Source of the DNA: Camelus ferus
Lineage: Eukaryota
Length of the DNA: 64,000 bases
Assembly (NCBI RefSeq): GCF_009834535.1
Contig: NC_045696.1
Coordinates: forward strand, 12,526,001-12,590,000
Reading direction: 5' to 3'
Shown here: positions 27,854 to 41,310 of the stretch, one piece after another
How the letters are laid out: the number at the start of each line of letters is the position of its first letter
Position numbering within the stretch: the stretch's first letter is position 1
The notes under the pieces: model-generated
Told to the model about the DNA's origin: nothing
The model's input: the letters and a program-made list of their open reading frames with translations, nothing else
Database searches by the model: none
Program-made: the position numbers and the translations under genes

Positions 27854-28983
27854 GGGAGTCTTATTTCTTCACCTATAAGACGTAGATGATCACATACCTC
27901 ACAGGACAGATAAAACAATAAAAGGAAGTCATCTTTGTAACTACTTAGCATCATGTTTAATACATAGTAAGAGCCCCCAAAATGATTTTTAAACAGTCAT
28001 GATGCTGAAGCTTCTTTCCAGCTCAGACATTCTATGGGTATAAGCAGCCAGCACTGCCTTGCCATGCTATGTCTTTTTTTTTTTCCAACCCACGTCTGTT
28101 CCTTATTAAAACATTGCAATGTTGCAGAGAAGGAACAACTTATTCAGCAACTTTGAGCATCAAAAAGCAAACCAACTGACACCAATGCCCCAGTGATGAT
28201 TCTGAGTGTCCCAAGTGGCCCCCATCTTTTCCGATAGAAGAAGTGATGGTGCCACTTGCTCAAGGTCACAAGGGTAGAGGATCCGTCCCAGAGAGTTTTG
28301 AAATTCAGGTCCCCCTCAAAGTTCTCTGGCTGTACTCATTAATAACTCATAAAGTTATTAACACTCTTATTATTGCTCTCTAATTTTGGTTTTCTCCAAC
28401 TGGAGTTATAAGCATACCTCCCTGCTCAAAGCTCAAGGCCAAATGCAGGGTAAGAGTATCTGTTCTCACTGCCAGAAGCCTCTGTTTTAAAAACTTCTCT
28501 TAAAAAAATAGAGCATCGTTTATAAGCTTTAGACCGCTGCAAAAAAAAAAAAAAAGTAATATGCAAATTAGACATTTTATAACTTTACAGTTAATAATAA
28601 AGGCAGTACTCCAAACCTCAGCCAGACATTTACATAATTGTATTACTAGCATGTGTGTGAGCCATAATGAAAGTTCGGGGGGAAATCTTGCTTATTTCCT
28701 ATTAACTCCATAATAGAACATGACTCTTATTTGCCCTTACAAATAAAGCTTAACCGTCGTTTAAAAACCAGACACCACACTTGGGTTCTTTTATGGTTCC
28801 TGGTTTCCATGAGGGAGCAGTGTCAAATTTCATAAGGAAAAAATGTTTAATGAAAAATTGTGGTTGTTCCAAAGGAAGGGCATTAAATACCCAACTTTTA
28901 TTATGTCTGCATTTGGTTTCTGGCTTTTGACAGATCAGCTTCTTACTACACTTATCGTCTCCTTTTAACATTAATTTCTTCGA

Positions 28984-29457
28984 TTACTCAACCGTTAAAA
29001 AAATAATGAAATAATGTCGTTTGCAGCAACATGGATGGATCTAGAGATTATCATATTGAGAGAAGTAAGTCAGAAAGAGAAAGACAAATATCATATGATA
29101 TCACTTATATGTGGAATCTAAAAAAAAAAAAAAAGATACAAATTCTACTTACAAACCAAAAACAGACTTATGGACATAGAAAACAAACTATGGTTACCAA
29201 AGAGGAAAGGGCGGGGAGAGATAAATTAGGGGTTGGGAATTAACAGACACACATTACTACATATAAAATAGATAAACAAGGACCTACTGTATGGCACAGG
29301 GAACTATATTCAATTTTTTTATAATAACTTACAATGGAAAAGAATTTGAAAAAAGAAAAAAAATATATATGTATATGTATAACTGAATCACTTTGCTGTA
29401 CACCTGAAACTAACATTATAAATCAAGTATACTTCAATAAAAAGTTTTTAAAAAATG
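28984..29457 (+). mobile_element. Young L1 3' end with TSD
   Basis: TSD attaatttctt(c/t)ga at 28970-28983 and 29458-29471. Confidence 0.9.
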
Positions 29458-29669
29458 ATTAATTTCTTTGAGGTCAGTTTTTCCCAAATCTTTTTATCTA
29501 CACTCAATACAGACAATCAGCTGATAGTCCTGACAATTCCACTCTGATCACTTAATTAATTAGTTAATAGTTCTCGAGTGTCCTGAAAGCCAACCTAGCT
29601 CTCAATAAACACATGCTAAATTGAATTGAAATTAAATTTATTCCACTTAAGAAAATAACTTACGGCGAA

Positions 29670-29900
29670 TATCTTAGTTTGTGCCCCTCCCCAAATGCAG
29701 ATCCCGTGATAGAACTTGAGTGCAGGTAGTTTATTTGGGAAGTGATCTCAGGAAGCATGAGTGAGGCAGTGAGGAAAGAGAGACAGGGAAGGGAGATAAG
29801 CCAAACAGGGTGCATTAATGAGATGGGTAACTGCTGTGGGACAACCAGGCTTCAGACTCAGCGGGGACACGAAGAAGAACCATCTGAATGGAACTTCATG
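29670..29900 (-). mobile_element. ERVL-type LTR fragment
   Basis: cttgagtgcaggtagtttatttgggaagtgatctcaggaagca. Confidence 0.55.
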
Positions 29901-30099
29901 AAATTCCAGGTGTTTCCCCCACGCAGCCATCTCTGCACTCATGCTCTCATCCACACATTACTGGCTTCCCAGGGACTGTAAACTGGAGTGAGGACTTATG
30001 TTCTGCCAATTCTCAGACTGGAACACTGCAAGTTCCACCACCCCCTGACCCCATATCCCATCTACAGTCAGAGGCAGGTCCATGCACTATGACTCTTCA

Positions 30100-31580
30100 A
30101 AGCAGTGTTCTCTGTCACCCTCAATGTACAGGTTATTAATCTTATTTGAAATCTTGACTTTAAATCATTATGGATCATTCTCATGATCTGATCCTCAATC
30201 CTATTTGCTCATCTATTCCCTAAAATAATTTCAAGACTTTGTACCCACTATCTATAACACATTTTTAAGTTATCTACATGTTTTTAATCAGAATTTTAAG
30301 TGGTTGCTAGATGTGACTTTCAGTGAAATCTGAATATTGAAAGTCTAAAATAAAACTGTTACTCTTTTAAATGTTCCCAATGGAATCTAAATTCCAAAAG
30401 AATTTGATACTCACCATTGTCCATTTAAAAATATAAATGTTTATCATACTAAGTGAAGTAAGTCAGACAGGAAAAGACAAATATATGATACTGCTTACAT
30501 GTGGAATCTTAAAATGTGATACAAATGAATTTATTCACAAAACAGAAACAGACTCACAGACATCGAAAACAAACTAACGGTTACTAAAGGGAAAAGGGAG
30601 TGGGGAGGGTAAATTAGGAGTTTGGGATTAACAAACTACTATATATAAAATAGATAACCAACAAGGACCTACTGTATAGCACAGGGAACTATACTCAGTA
30701 TCTTATAATAATCTATAGTGAAGAAGAATCTGAAAAAGAATAGGTAGATATATAATATGTATAACTGAATCACTTCACTATACACCTGAAACTAACACAA
30801 CATTGTAAATCAACAATACTTCAATTTAAAAATTTTAATAAAAAAATAATAAAAATATAAATGTACATGTGTATCTTGTTTTATAATGTTCCTTGAAGTC
30901 TCATTTCCATTTCATTTCCCCATAGAACTTTCTCCTAATGCAACATTATACTTGTAAGAATTTTGTTAAATAAGCTTATCATAATTTACTCAAAAAGGAT
31001 GTAAAGTGATTTTTTTTAAATTTCCTGTGACCATACAGTTCAAATGTTTTTTTAATTTTTCTTCTGAAGAGTTATCATAACACTTCTCATTTAGTACTCA
31101 ATTAAGCAAAACATTACAAATATATTTTAAACATTGATAAATAAACATAACAATTCAAATTCTACCAGAAATTCATTGCAATAAAATAGACAGGACTGAT
31201 TTGTTTCCCCTAATTATTTCATCTCTTTATGAAGGAATATTATTTTGTTGCTAGAATGAGACAGAGGCCAGCGTTAGTGATATTCCTCATTTTAGAAAAT
31301 ATCATTGAAAGAACTTGTACAAAGAAAGATAAGTAGCTGGGGATGGAATAGATTTTCTTACAGCAATGTCCTTCAATTCTTTGAACTTTTCTGGAGTTAC
31401 ATCTTGAACATGACATAGTAATCTACCATCAAATATTATTTTGAATAATCTTGAGTAAGTCTCAGGAAAATTATAGAGCAATTTCATTTAAAGGATTAGG
31501 AACCATCTGAGTTGTAAAAGGATGTCTTGTCAGTCATCAGAGCACTTTGCTTTCTCAATATCAGTATTTCACAGGGTCCC
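30100..31580 (-). mobile_element. Old Charlie-type hAT relic interrupted by L1 (30441-30850)
   Basis: KFKELKDIAVRKSIPSPATYL hAT-like motif. L1 TSD aaaaatataaatgt at 30427-30440 and 30851-30864. Confidence 0.65.
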
Positions 31581-31664
31581 TTGGTTTGGCCTTCAGGAGT
31601 TATCCCACCATAGCAAGAATAGGGGCAAATAAGGAGGGGAATGGGGAAAGGGCAAGTGTGGAAA

Positions 31665-31859
31665 GTTAGCTTTATTCCTTTGATAACTATGTAAGTTTAA
31701 AAAGCTAAAGCTCTAAACGTTCTTAGAAAACAATGAACAGTACATATATGTAAATTTTTTTAAATGTATGTAGTATATTGTGTATATGTATTTACATGCA
31801 ATATATTGTACATGGGCAGTCAAACTGTAACAATTCTACCTAATAAAACTGAAAAAAAA
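31665..31859 (+). mobile_element. Poly(A)-tailed repeat 3' end (artiodactyl L1-like), copy 1
   Basis: Close match to the inverted copy at ~62205-62405 (gctttattcctttgataactatgtaagtttaaaaagctaaag). Confidence 0.75.
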
Positions 31860-32170
31860 GAACATGAAAGACAAGGAAAGATTAAGGAACTGCTTCAGAT
31901 TAAAGACATGGCCGCTAAATGCAATGTGGGATCTTAGATTGGGATCCTGGACCAGAAAAAGCACACCATTGGGACAACTGGTGATATTTGAATACAGTCT
32001 GTAGATTAGCTAATAATGTTGCTTCAAGTGAATTTCTTGGTTTTGATCATTGTACTGTGGCTATAAAGTACTAACATTTGGGGAAGCTGGGCGAAAGGTG
32101 TACAGGAATTCTTTGAATTATTTTTGCAACTGTTTGAAGAGTCAAATTATTTTAAAATTGAAAGCTGAAT
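31860..32170 (+). mobile_element. L1MC/ME 3' fragment
   Basis: ctaaatgcaatgtgggatcttagattgggatcctggaccagaaaaag. Confidence 0.7.
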
Positions 32171-32269
32171 AAAGGAAAACTTATGAAAATATTTCCTTAA
32201 CATTATTATGGAATATTTCAAGCAGAAAAATATAGAAAATAAAAATTTTAAAGAGAAAAAAAAAAAAAG

Positions 32270-32430
32270 AAATCCTGCAGATGGTAAGTGTGTCTACAGA
32301 CAGATCAGTCTGACAAAGGGATGTAGGGAATTAGATCTGGAAGCTGATTGTGTTGACACTGCCATGTCCCTGTGTCCTACCTTGGGAGGTCTTGAACCCC
32401 CCAGGGCACACACACACCAGGTCACTGGCT
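32270..32430 (-). pseudogene. TSR exon relic
   Basis: CALGG...GSVNTIS...HPFVRLICL* (cf. LPFSSSIRPC). Confidence 0.35.
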
Positions 32431-33554
32431 TGAGAATAGACTTTCTGATGCCCACGTCCTTCTGAACCTTGTCTTATGAAATTCAAAATCCAAGCTTTTG
32501 AAATGCCAAAATTGAGAACTTACTCTTTGGTTTGGCTGTTTCATTCATCCTCTGGATGAATTAATAAAACCTTAATGCCTGGCAGCTGCCTCAAAAAGAG
32601 GAAGAGACAGGGGGCGAATGATTATGAAAAAAACAAAATGCATTAGTTAAGATTTCAAAGTTGCACCTTGCCACAAATAAAAAGACCATGCTCAAAATTA
32701 CAAGTGAAAAGGGTGCATCCTGGGTGCTATAGGAGTCACCAAGACCAAATAATTTGATTTCGGCCTTCAGTTGGCAGATTTAAGATTAGTAGAGAAGAAA
32801 GAAGAGCATCTCCTAGGCAGAGGGCAATAAGACGGAAATCTCTAAAGATGTTCAGGGAAAGGTGAAAAGAACAGTTTGCTGTGCTCATATAACAGACAAG
32901 TGGGAGGCAACGCAGGAAAAGACAGAGGGGGTGGCGAGGGATCAGCGGAGATTTCTGGGTCAGGGGTTCGCATGAAGTGGCTGTCTTTATTGACCCGTAA
33001 CGTTCATCACGGCAGATGAAATTTGGACCAGTCATCAGGATTTTATTCCACTTGCCATATGTCAGGAAATTAAATAAAATCCACAGGTAAATAAATTCAA
33101 AAAAACAGCCTGGCAGGACTTACCTTTGTGTAAACATCCCAGTGATTGGTTTACATTTGTGTGGATGTTACATGTAACGTGTTTGCATACATATAACAAT
33201 CTGAAACAGTCTGCAGCTATGTAATTATAGCAATACGTGTGTAGTTTCAGGCAGTTCAGACCAGTTGGGTCCTAAACTAATGATTTCTTTCCTGAATGGT
33301 GTATTTATTGAATTCAGGGTGATTCCTTCTATAGTAGGGCAAAAGATCTCAGTTAATGTTGAATTACCAAAGTTTTACCCAGGAATTCAAAAAGAACAGC
33401 AATAAAATTTGCATCTTTTCTAAACAACTAGCAATAATAATGATAAAAACTGTAGTCTTTCATCCCATCCTGGCCTTGATACCAATACATGGAGACAGTC
33501 TGGGACCCTCTTCTATCACAGCACAGAAGTAGGTGTTCTTCTGCAAATCCCTAC

Positions 33555-34021
33555 AGTGAAGAGAATATTGACCCCCCCTTGCACCAAAAGATATCCACAT
33601 ACTTATCTCCAGAACCTGTGGATATGTTACCTTACAGGGCAAAAGAGACTTCGCAGATGCGATCAAGTCAAGGACCTTGCTATGGGGAAACTTTCATGGA
33701 TTACCTGAGTGAGCCCAACGTAATCACAAGGGTCCTGAAAAGTGAAAGAAGGAGGCATGAAGGTCAGAGTCAAAGGAGAAGTGATGATGGAAGCAGGTGC
33801 AGTAATGTGGGTCCGTGATCCAGGAAATGCAGGCAGCATCTGGAAACTGGGAAATGCAAGAAAACAGATTCCCCCTAGATCCTTTGGAGGGAACCAGCCC
33901 TGCTGACACCTTCATTTTAGTGAGACCCATTGACCTCCAGAACTGTAAGATAAAAAATGTCCATCATTTTAAACACTAAGTTTGTGGTTATTTGTTAAGA
34001 GTAGCAATAGGAAATTATACA
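33555..34021 (+). mobile_element. MLT1C/D LTR
   Basis: aaagatatccac...gggaaccagccctgctgacaccttcattttag...gcaataggaaattatac. Confidence 0.85.
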
Positions 34022-34126
34022 GTGCCCTAGTGAAATGACAGCTATTTTTACAAAGTAACTATGTAGGCATAACATGTATTAACTATACATTAAAATGATA
34101 TAATGTCTTCTAAAGTAAAATCCTTT

Positions 34127-34382
34127 TGGGGAACCCTTGTACACTCCTGGTGGGAATGGAAATTGGTGCAGCCACTGTGGAAAACAGTATAAAGGTTTCT
34201 CAAAAAAAAAAAAAATAGAACTACCAGATGGCCCAGCAGTTCCACTCCTGGATATCTATCTGAAAAAAAAAATTAACTCGAAAAGATACACGCACCCCAA
34301 TGTTCATAGCAGCATTATTTATAATTGCCGAGCTATGGAAGTGTCCTAAGCATCCATCAACAGATAAACGGATAAAGATGTG

Positions 34383-34441
<59 letters not shown>

Positions 34442-34845
34442 ATAGATAGATAGATAGATAGATATGCCATAAAAAAGGATGAAATAATGACATTTACAGT
34501 AACATGGTTGGACTTGGGGGGCATTATGCTAAGCCTGACAAAGACAAATACTGTATGATCTCACTTACGTGTGGAATCTAAAAAATACAACAAACTAGTG
34601 AATATAAGAAAAAGAAGCAGACTCACAGATATAGAGAACATGCTAGTGGTTACCAGTGGTGGAGGAGGGGCAATATAGAGGTGGAGGAGTGGGAGGTACA
34701 AACTACTGGGTGTAAGACAGGCTACAGGGCTGTATTGTACAACATGGGGAATACAGCCAATATTTTGTAATAACTGTAAATGGAAAGTAACCTTCAGAAT
34801 TGTATAAAAGTATTTTAATTCAAATAAGTAAAATAAAATAAAATT
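34127..34845 (+). mobile_element. L1 3' end containing (GATA)n at 34382-34464
   Basis: ggtgggaatggaaattggtgcagccactgtggaaaacagt; A-rich tail. Confidence 0.9.
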
Positions 34846-35989
34846 ATTTTAAAATAATTATACCTATGTCTTTCGATTACCCAAGGTAATCTAATGCAGT
34901 TATGAGAACTAGTAGATCACATGGGTGGGCACAAAGGAAATTGAGAGAGGTGGGAGGCAGAAACTGGGAGTTATTACAAATCACAGGGCCTCCCTAAAGG
35001 GTGGAAAATTTCTCAATTCCACCTCTCTTTCTTACTCAGGCAGTCCTGTTTGCCCAGAATATTGTCTGTGGGCAAATACTTGTTTTTTCCTAAATTCATG
35101 ATGTAGAGAGCAGAATGAGAGGCCAGAGATCAGTAAGGGTAGAAAAGCATTAGATTAAGAAACATGGATCTGATCCACATGTCACGGGAATGAATTCTGG
35201 GGAGCCTAATGATTTTTGAAAACTATCTGCTTATGCCAGGCTCCAGGGTAAATCCACAAGGAGGAATTGATCGCTTGTATTTTATAAAATCCAAATGTTG
35301 TTTTTCTGTTTTAAAATACTTAAAGAAAAAACCAGAATCTGAAATAGGACACAAGGGAAGAAAATCGAGACAGCACATTTTAACCTTCTCAAGCTACCAG
35401 GTTATGAATCTCTCCCTCTTTCCCTCCAGTGGGGGTCCTGCAGGGCCCACCCCCGATCCTCCAGGGAGCTGGGACTCAGTGAGAGGCTGTTCATGCCATG
35501 TCCATTCCTAGACCATGTTCTAAAAAATGCCCAGGAGTAGCCAAAGTTTTGGAATTAAGTGCGCGCTCATTTAAATTCACTGAACCGAAAAAGAACAAGT
35601 GAGAAAAAGCAAAGGAAACCAAGTGCCAAATGTTTGTTGCCATGTTAACACTTTCTGCAAGGTCTTTATTTGATAACAGTTTCAGTTTCTCTCTCTGCTT
35701 CTCCCCAAGGTCACATGAGCCAACAATCAGGTGGGGGAAAGCCTCTTTTTCTCCTGAAGGGACTTCAAAGTTTAGCAGATGCTTAAGCCCCCAGATCCCT
35801 CCTACACTGGCTTCATGAGAACTTGAGATTTCTACTCTGAAGATTTAGGCTTTGCGTGCAGAGGTTTTGATGGGAGCAAATGACAAGGACAAGATAGCGG
35901 CCTTGGAAAAGTTTGTGAATTGGGTTTGGAAGTGAAGGGACTGCAGGGTGCATAAGCTCCTGTCAAGTTCAGTAGCAGCTCCTAGAAAG

Positions 35990-37050
35990 AGTGTGTGCAT
36001 TTTTATTGATAGCACTGGGGGTGCACTGTGTCAGACAAAGCTGAGTCCCTCCTGCTTCATTTGCAGCAAATCCTCCAACAATTTTTTTTAACTTTTTTTT
36101 AATTGAAGTATATAGTTGATTTACAATGTTGTATTCATTTCTGGTGCACAGCATAGTGATCCAGTTCTCTCTATATATATATAGTCTTTTTTATATTCTT
36201 TTTCATTACAGGTTACTACAAGCCGTTGAATATAGTCCCCTGTGCTGTAGAGTAGGACCTTGTTGTTTATCTGTTCAGTACATAGTAGTTTGTATCTGCC
36301 AATCCCAAACTCCCAATTTATCCCTCACTTACCCCTGGTAACTGTAAGTTTGTTTCTGTCTGTGAGTCTCTTTCTGTTTTGTAAATAGGTACATTTATGT
36401 CTTCTTTTTTTTTTTTCTGGTTTACACATAAAAGTGATATCATATATTTGTCTTTCTCTGACTGACTTAGTTCACTTAATATAATAATAATTAGGTCCAT
36501 TCATGTTGCTGCAAATCCCATTATTTCGTCCCTTTTTATGGCTGAGTAGTATTCCATTGTATATATACACCACCTCTTCTTTATCCAGTCATCTGTCGAT
36601 GGACATTTAGGTTGCTTCCCTGTCTTGTCTGTTATAAATAGTGCTGCAGTGAACTTTGGGGTGCACGTATCTTCTTGAATTGGAGCTTTCTCTAGATATA
36701 TGCCCAAAGTGGGATTGCTGGATTATATGGTAGCTCTATTTTTAGTTTTTAAAGAAACATCAGTACTATTCTTCATAGTGGCTGCACCAATTTACATTCC
36801 CACCAACACTGTAGGAGAATTCCTTTTTCTCCACACCCTCTCCAACTTTCATTATTTGTAGACTTTTTGATGATGGCCATTCTGACTGGTGTGAAGTGAT
36901 ACCTCACTGTAGTTTTGACTTGTATTTCTCTAATAGTGATGTTGAACATCTTTTAAATCCTCTGGCAATTTTTGAAGGCAAGTGCCATCTATGGAGAGCC
37001 CTTGTGTTGAGGTTTTTAGTGGAGGGTTAATAGGTGATAATAACACACCT
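35990..37050 (-). pseudogene. TSR exon relic split by an L1 insertion
   Basis: Removing the L1 and one TSD copy joins QGLSIDGTCLQKLPED to AANEAGGTQLCLTQCTPS (cf. QRMADGSFLELPETFC...QQACKKDDCPS). Confidence 0.55.
36087..36954 (-). mobile_element. L1 3' end inserted into a pseudogene exon
   Basis: Imperfect TSD aaatcctc(caa/tgg)caattttt at 36068 and 36955. Confidence 0.9.
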
Positions 37051-37228
37051 CTCCCTTGTCTAAATTTCTAATTAATAAACAACTGGGAAAAAAGACAAAA
37101 AGAAAATGAGGTGGGGGAGCAAACTATCATCTTTATGACTAATACAGGCTAACCTGGAGAATATACTTACATCCAAGGGACAGAGGGCTTCCTAAAGTGA
37201 ACACAAGAATTAGTCAGACCTGCCCAGC

Positions 37229-37810
37229 TGTATTAGTTATCTATTGCTGTGTAACAAATAACCCTGAAACTGACCAGCTTTAAATAGCAAATATTTATTA
37301 TCTCACAGTTTATGTGGATCAGGAATCTGGGTGCAGTGCAGCGGGATCGTCTGACTCAGGGTGTTTCACGAGGAGCCTACAAACAAGGTGTCAGCAAGGT
37401 CTACAGTCATCTAAAGACTCAACTAGAAGACTGGCTTCCAAGTTCATTGGCTGCTGGTGGGAATTAATTTTTTCACAGGCTGTTGGACTGAAGGCCTCTG
37501 TTCCTTGCTGGCTATTGGCCAGAGACAATAGTTCCTCGGCCTGTGGTCCTCTCCACAGGGCTACTGATCACAAAAGCACCTTGCTTCCCTCCAGAGCAAG
37601 GGCTCCCCCAGAGAGAGAAAGAGAGGGCCAGCAAGAGACAAGTCACAATCGTTTGTAACCTCAGACGTGATATTCCATCACTTTTGCCATGTTTTGTTTA
37701 TTAGAAGCACGTCACTAGGTTCAGCCCTCACTCAAGGGGGAGAGATTACAAAAGGCTGTGAATAACATGAGACAGAGGTCACGGGGAACCTTCTCAGAAG
37801 CAGCCCACCT
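37229..37810 (-). mobile_element. MLT1 LTR
   Basis: tgtattagttatctattgctgtgtaacaaataaccc. Confidence 0.8.
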
Positions 37811-38529
37811 CGACAGCCAAGGCAGACAGCCCTGAGGGAGAGCAGTAGGACTCTCTCCACCACCTCAGCAGGAAAAAAACTTCTGCTCCCTGTAAGCATC
37901 CTGCCCCCAGAAGAACTGAGAGAGGATGGCGTGCACCACACCTCCTCTTTCACACCCACCAGTTGGGTCGGCACATTCTGAATGACTGATGGAATAGTGG
38001 AGACAGGCTGTCAGCCTTGGGCTGATAGTGGAGACAGGAAGGAGGGGTCCTTCCAAATGGAAAGAAACTTCAGGAGTAAGGAATAAGCAGCTCCCAGCAC
38101 TCACAGTCCTCTGTTTATATTATGATGTCCACCTTACAGATAAAGAAATTGAATCTTAGAGAGACTGAGTAACCCAAGGTCACACAAACACTGCATGTTG
38201 GAGCCTGAGTTTATAAACACCCAATCCTTGAAAAAGTGTCCCACTCTGTGTTATAGTCACACGTCCCCATGTTCAGAAGCCACTATTTGATGAAGATATT
38301 TATGCTTGCCAGTGAAAATATCTCATTTCAGGAATGAAACTCAGTTGTTCTTTCCATGTCCTGAAATGTCCCCTAAAGCTGAAGTTTTATGACAGTGATG
38401 AAACAATGGCTCTGCCAGAAAATAAAATACACACCTGGCTTAGAAGCAAGCAGTCGCTGGAGTCAACAGCTGGCTGCCTGGGAACGCTGCAAAACCCCTC
38501 AGGACCGCACGACTGGTGCTTCCAGCAGA

Positions 38530-38740
38530 GAGACTTGCCAATAGCTTGTGGCCCAGACAAAGAGGGTGACGTCCAAAGGTTTGTCCAGAGTGCATGGGTA
38601 GGATGTGTCACTCCTGATAACATAGCAGGTCGCAAGAGCACCGCTTTGAACTTGAAACAAGATATTGCTTTCATCGACTCCCAGTCTCTCCTGCCCTTTT
38701 GTTCTTTGGTAGAGGGTATACATCAAAGATGGCGACACTT
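38530..38740 (-). pseudogene. TSR exon relic
   Basis: GVDESNILF...VIRSDTSYPCTLDKPLDV...WATSYWQ (cf. VILADELCRQPKPSTV...WYPAQWQ). Confidence 0.5.
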
Positions 38741-39589
38741 TGCTTCCTGCTGCCTTTGAAGTACCGGCTCTGCACAACAGCTATTTCTAGACTTACATGC
38801 TGCACAGAAATGCAATCCATGAAGACCTTTGTCTCCAAGATTTCGCATCCATCAGAAAAAGGAAATGGACAAAAAAATGTTTAACCAAAGTATGATCATA
38901 TGTGTATGCCCATATCTAGTCTCATTGATTCAATGGGTATCTGAGTGCCTGTTGTGTGCCAGGCACTGTGAGGTGGGCTGAGGGTCAGAGATAAATAAAG
39001 CAAGTACTTGTGTGCCAGCAACACAGGGTCCAAGGTGGTGCAGGGGGAACAGGTGGACTCCCCAAAATGATGCAATGAGTGCTGTTCAAAAGGGGTGTCC
39101 CAGATCACATGGGGCCTCCAAGGAGGGGCCGTACCTGTGACGGGGATTCACGGATGCAGAAGACTGACACGTGGGCATACCTATGCATGTCTCTGTGACC
39201 AGTTTACTAAGCTGCTCTTCCCTTGCCCAGAACAAAAGGAGGCTGTAGGCATGAGGGGTGGGGTGTGGAAAGGGACTCGACAGGGGTCCACAGGTCAAGA
39301 TAAAAGGGCTTGTGTGAATAATGTTTCCTGGAGAGATCAGTAGAATCAGTGACTCCATTTGTACAAGAAGAGCCTAGACTAGAAAAGATAAGTTGGCTGA
39401 GTCCTAATCGTGATTCCTCTCTTACAAATGTCCCACAGAAGTCTGTCTCTCCCTCAAGATCAAATGTTTCTTCGTGGCAATACTCGGATTCTTCTAGAAT
39501 AGGTTCTGTGCGAGATGGAAGACTTCCTGGGGGTCAGTTTGCCTCCTGCTCGTCACCTCCACTTTGATCAACACAAATGGTGTGAGTGG

Positions 39590-39711
39590 GGAACGATAGT
39601 CTTTATCCAGATCACACAGTCTTCCTTTACCTGGCTGTCGCAGAACTCTTCTTAGGCAACGTTGACTCTGTTTCTCATCTAAGCATCCACAACAGACTCC
39701 ATCTGAATATC
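39590..39711 (-). pseudogene. TSR exon relic
   Basis: tttggtag acceptor. IQMESVV(fs)CLDEKQSQ(fs)EEFCDS (cf. VQEAVVSCLNKQTREPAEENLC). Confidence 0.55.
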
Positions 39712-39964
39712 CTACCAAACACGTGTAGCACCCAGTGGTTAGCTCTCCCTGGGCCATCTGCAGGCCCCCGTACCAGCGACACCAATGACGCACTCACAGT
39801 CCCTCTGCTCTTGAATCTGAATACTTAGGTCCCCCATACTCACCTTGCACTTTGTTCTCTCTCTCTGAGTCACTGACACTTTGAATTACATTCCCTGTCC
39901 ACCGTACAGAACGCCATTTAAGGGAGATGTTAGGAAGTCCAAGACCACGGTGCAGGCAGGTCAG

Positions 39965-41310
39965 GCATCTCCTGGTTCACAGAGGCCACCCTTTCACTGT
40001 AACGCCATATGGCAGAAGGGCTGAGGGATCTCTCTGGGGTCTCTTTTATAAGAGCACTGATCCCATTCATGAGGGTTCCTTCCTTGTGCCCTAATCTCTT
40101 CCGAAATCACCCCCTCCTAATGCCATCACATTGGGGTTTAGGACTTGATGTGTGAATCTGGGGGTACACAAATGTTCAGACCACAGCACACAGGAGTCTG
40201 TGGGCCAACAGCCTAGACTAGGACAAGCTGGGTGTTTCTACTCTGGGCTGAGTACCCTCAGACATCTGGGGTCCCCAGAGGGTTGGGTGCATGGCTCTGC
40301 TTCTGGAAGTTGGCTGGCTGTCAGCAGGGACGCCTCTGCTCTGCTCCAGGTGGCCTCTCATTCTCCAGCAGGCTAGTCTGGGCCAGGTCTCATGACAGTG
40401 GTGAGTTTCCAGGAGAAAACAGAAGTGCACAGGTCTTTTTGAAACTGTCTTTAGTTTTCCATTGCAACGTAACAATCACGATGAACTCAGCACCTTGCCA
40501 CGACAATCATTCATTAGCTCATGTTTCTGTAAATCAGAAGTTCAGCACAACATGACTGGTTTCTCTGCTCTGGGGCATCAGAAAGCTGAAGATGAGACAG
40601 GCTGAGTTCTTGTCTGGAGACTCCAGGGGAAAAAAAGCCTCCTTCCAGTTTTATTCTTGGTGTTGGCAGAATTCAGTTCCTTGCGGTTGTAGGACTGAGG
40701 TCTCTGGTTCCTTGCCCACCATCGGCCAGAGTCCACTCTCAGCAAGTAGAGGGTACCCACACTCCTTACCACAAGGCTCTCTCCAGCCAGCAAGGGCACT
40801 TCGAACCCTTCCCATGCTTCAGACTTCTGACTTCCTCTGTCTCTGACCTCTAGACCCAGATTTAAAAGGCTACTGTGATTAGATTGAGGCCCCCTGGATA
40901 ATCTCACTTTTAAGGTCAATTGATTTGGAAAGTTAATTGCATCTGCAAAATCCCTTCTGCTCTGACATAATTATGAGAGTGACAGCGCATCATGTTCACA
41001 GGTGCCGAATGCAGTCAAGGCAAGGAGATCACAGAAGGGTGAGGGTCGCTGCATGTCATCTCGGACCTCTGCCCACAACAGAGGCCTCGGCTCCACTGGC
41101 TTATCAGCACATCTGCCACATAAAAAAAAAAAAAACCAACTGTAAAAAGTATATTTTAAAATTTAAAAATAAATAATTTTTTTTTAAAAATAAGCAAAGA
41201 CCAAAGCAGGTCAGCTTAAATGCAGACAGTGGGGAAAGTGATACTACCTTTTATGGAAGAAGCTGCAAAGTCACATGGCAAGGAGGCACAGACACGAGGG
41301 GTGGAAGGCT
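39965..41310 (-). mobile_element. Cluster of nested MaLR (MLT1/MST) LTR fragments
   Basis: gatcccattcatgaggg...; ggcagaattcagttccttgcggttgtaggactgagg; gaagctgcaaagtcacatggcaaggag. Confidence 0.75.

Noticed and set aside
38334..38759. 141-aa plus-strand ORF after an acceptor-like tttcag
   Set aside because: No recognisable domain; the opposite strand is better explained as a TSR exon relic.
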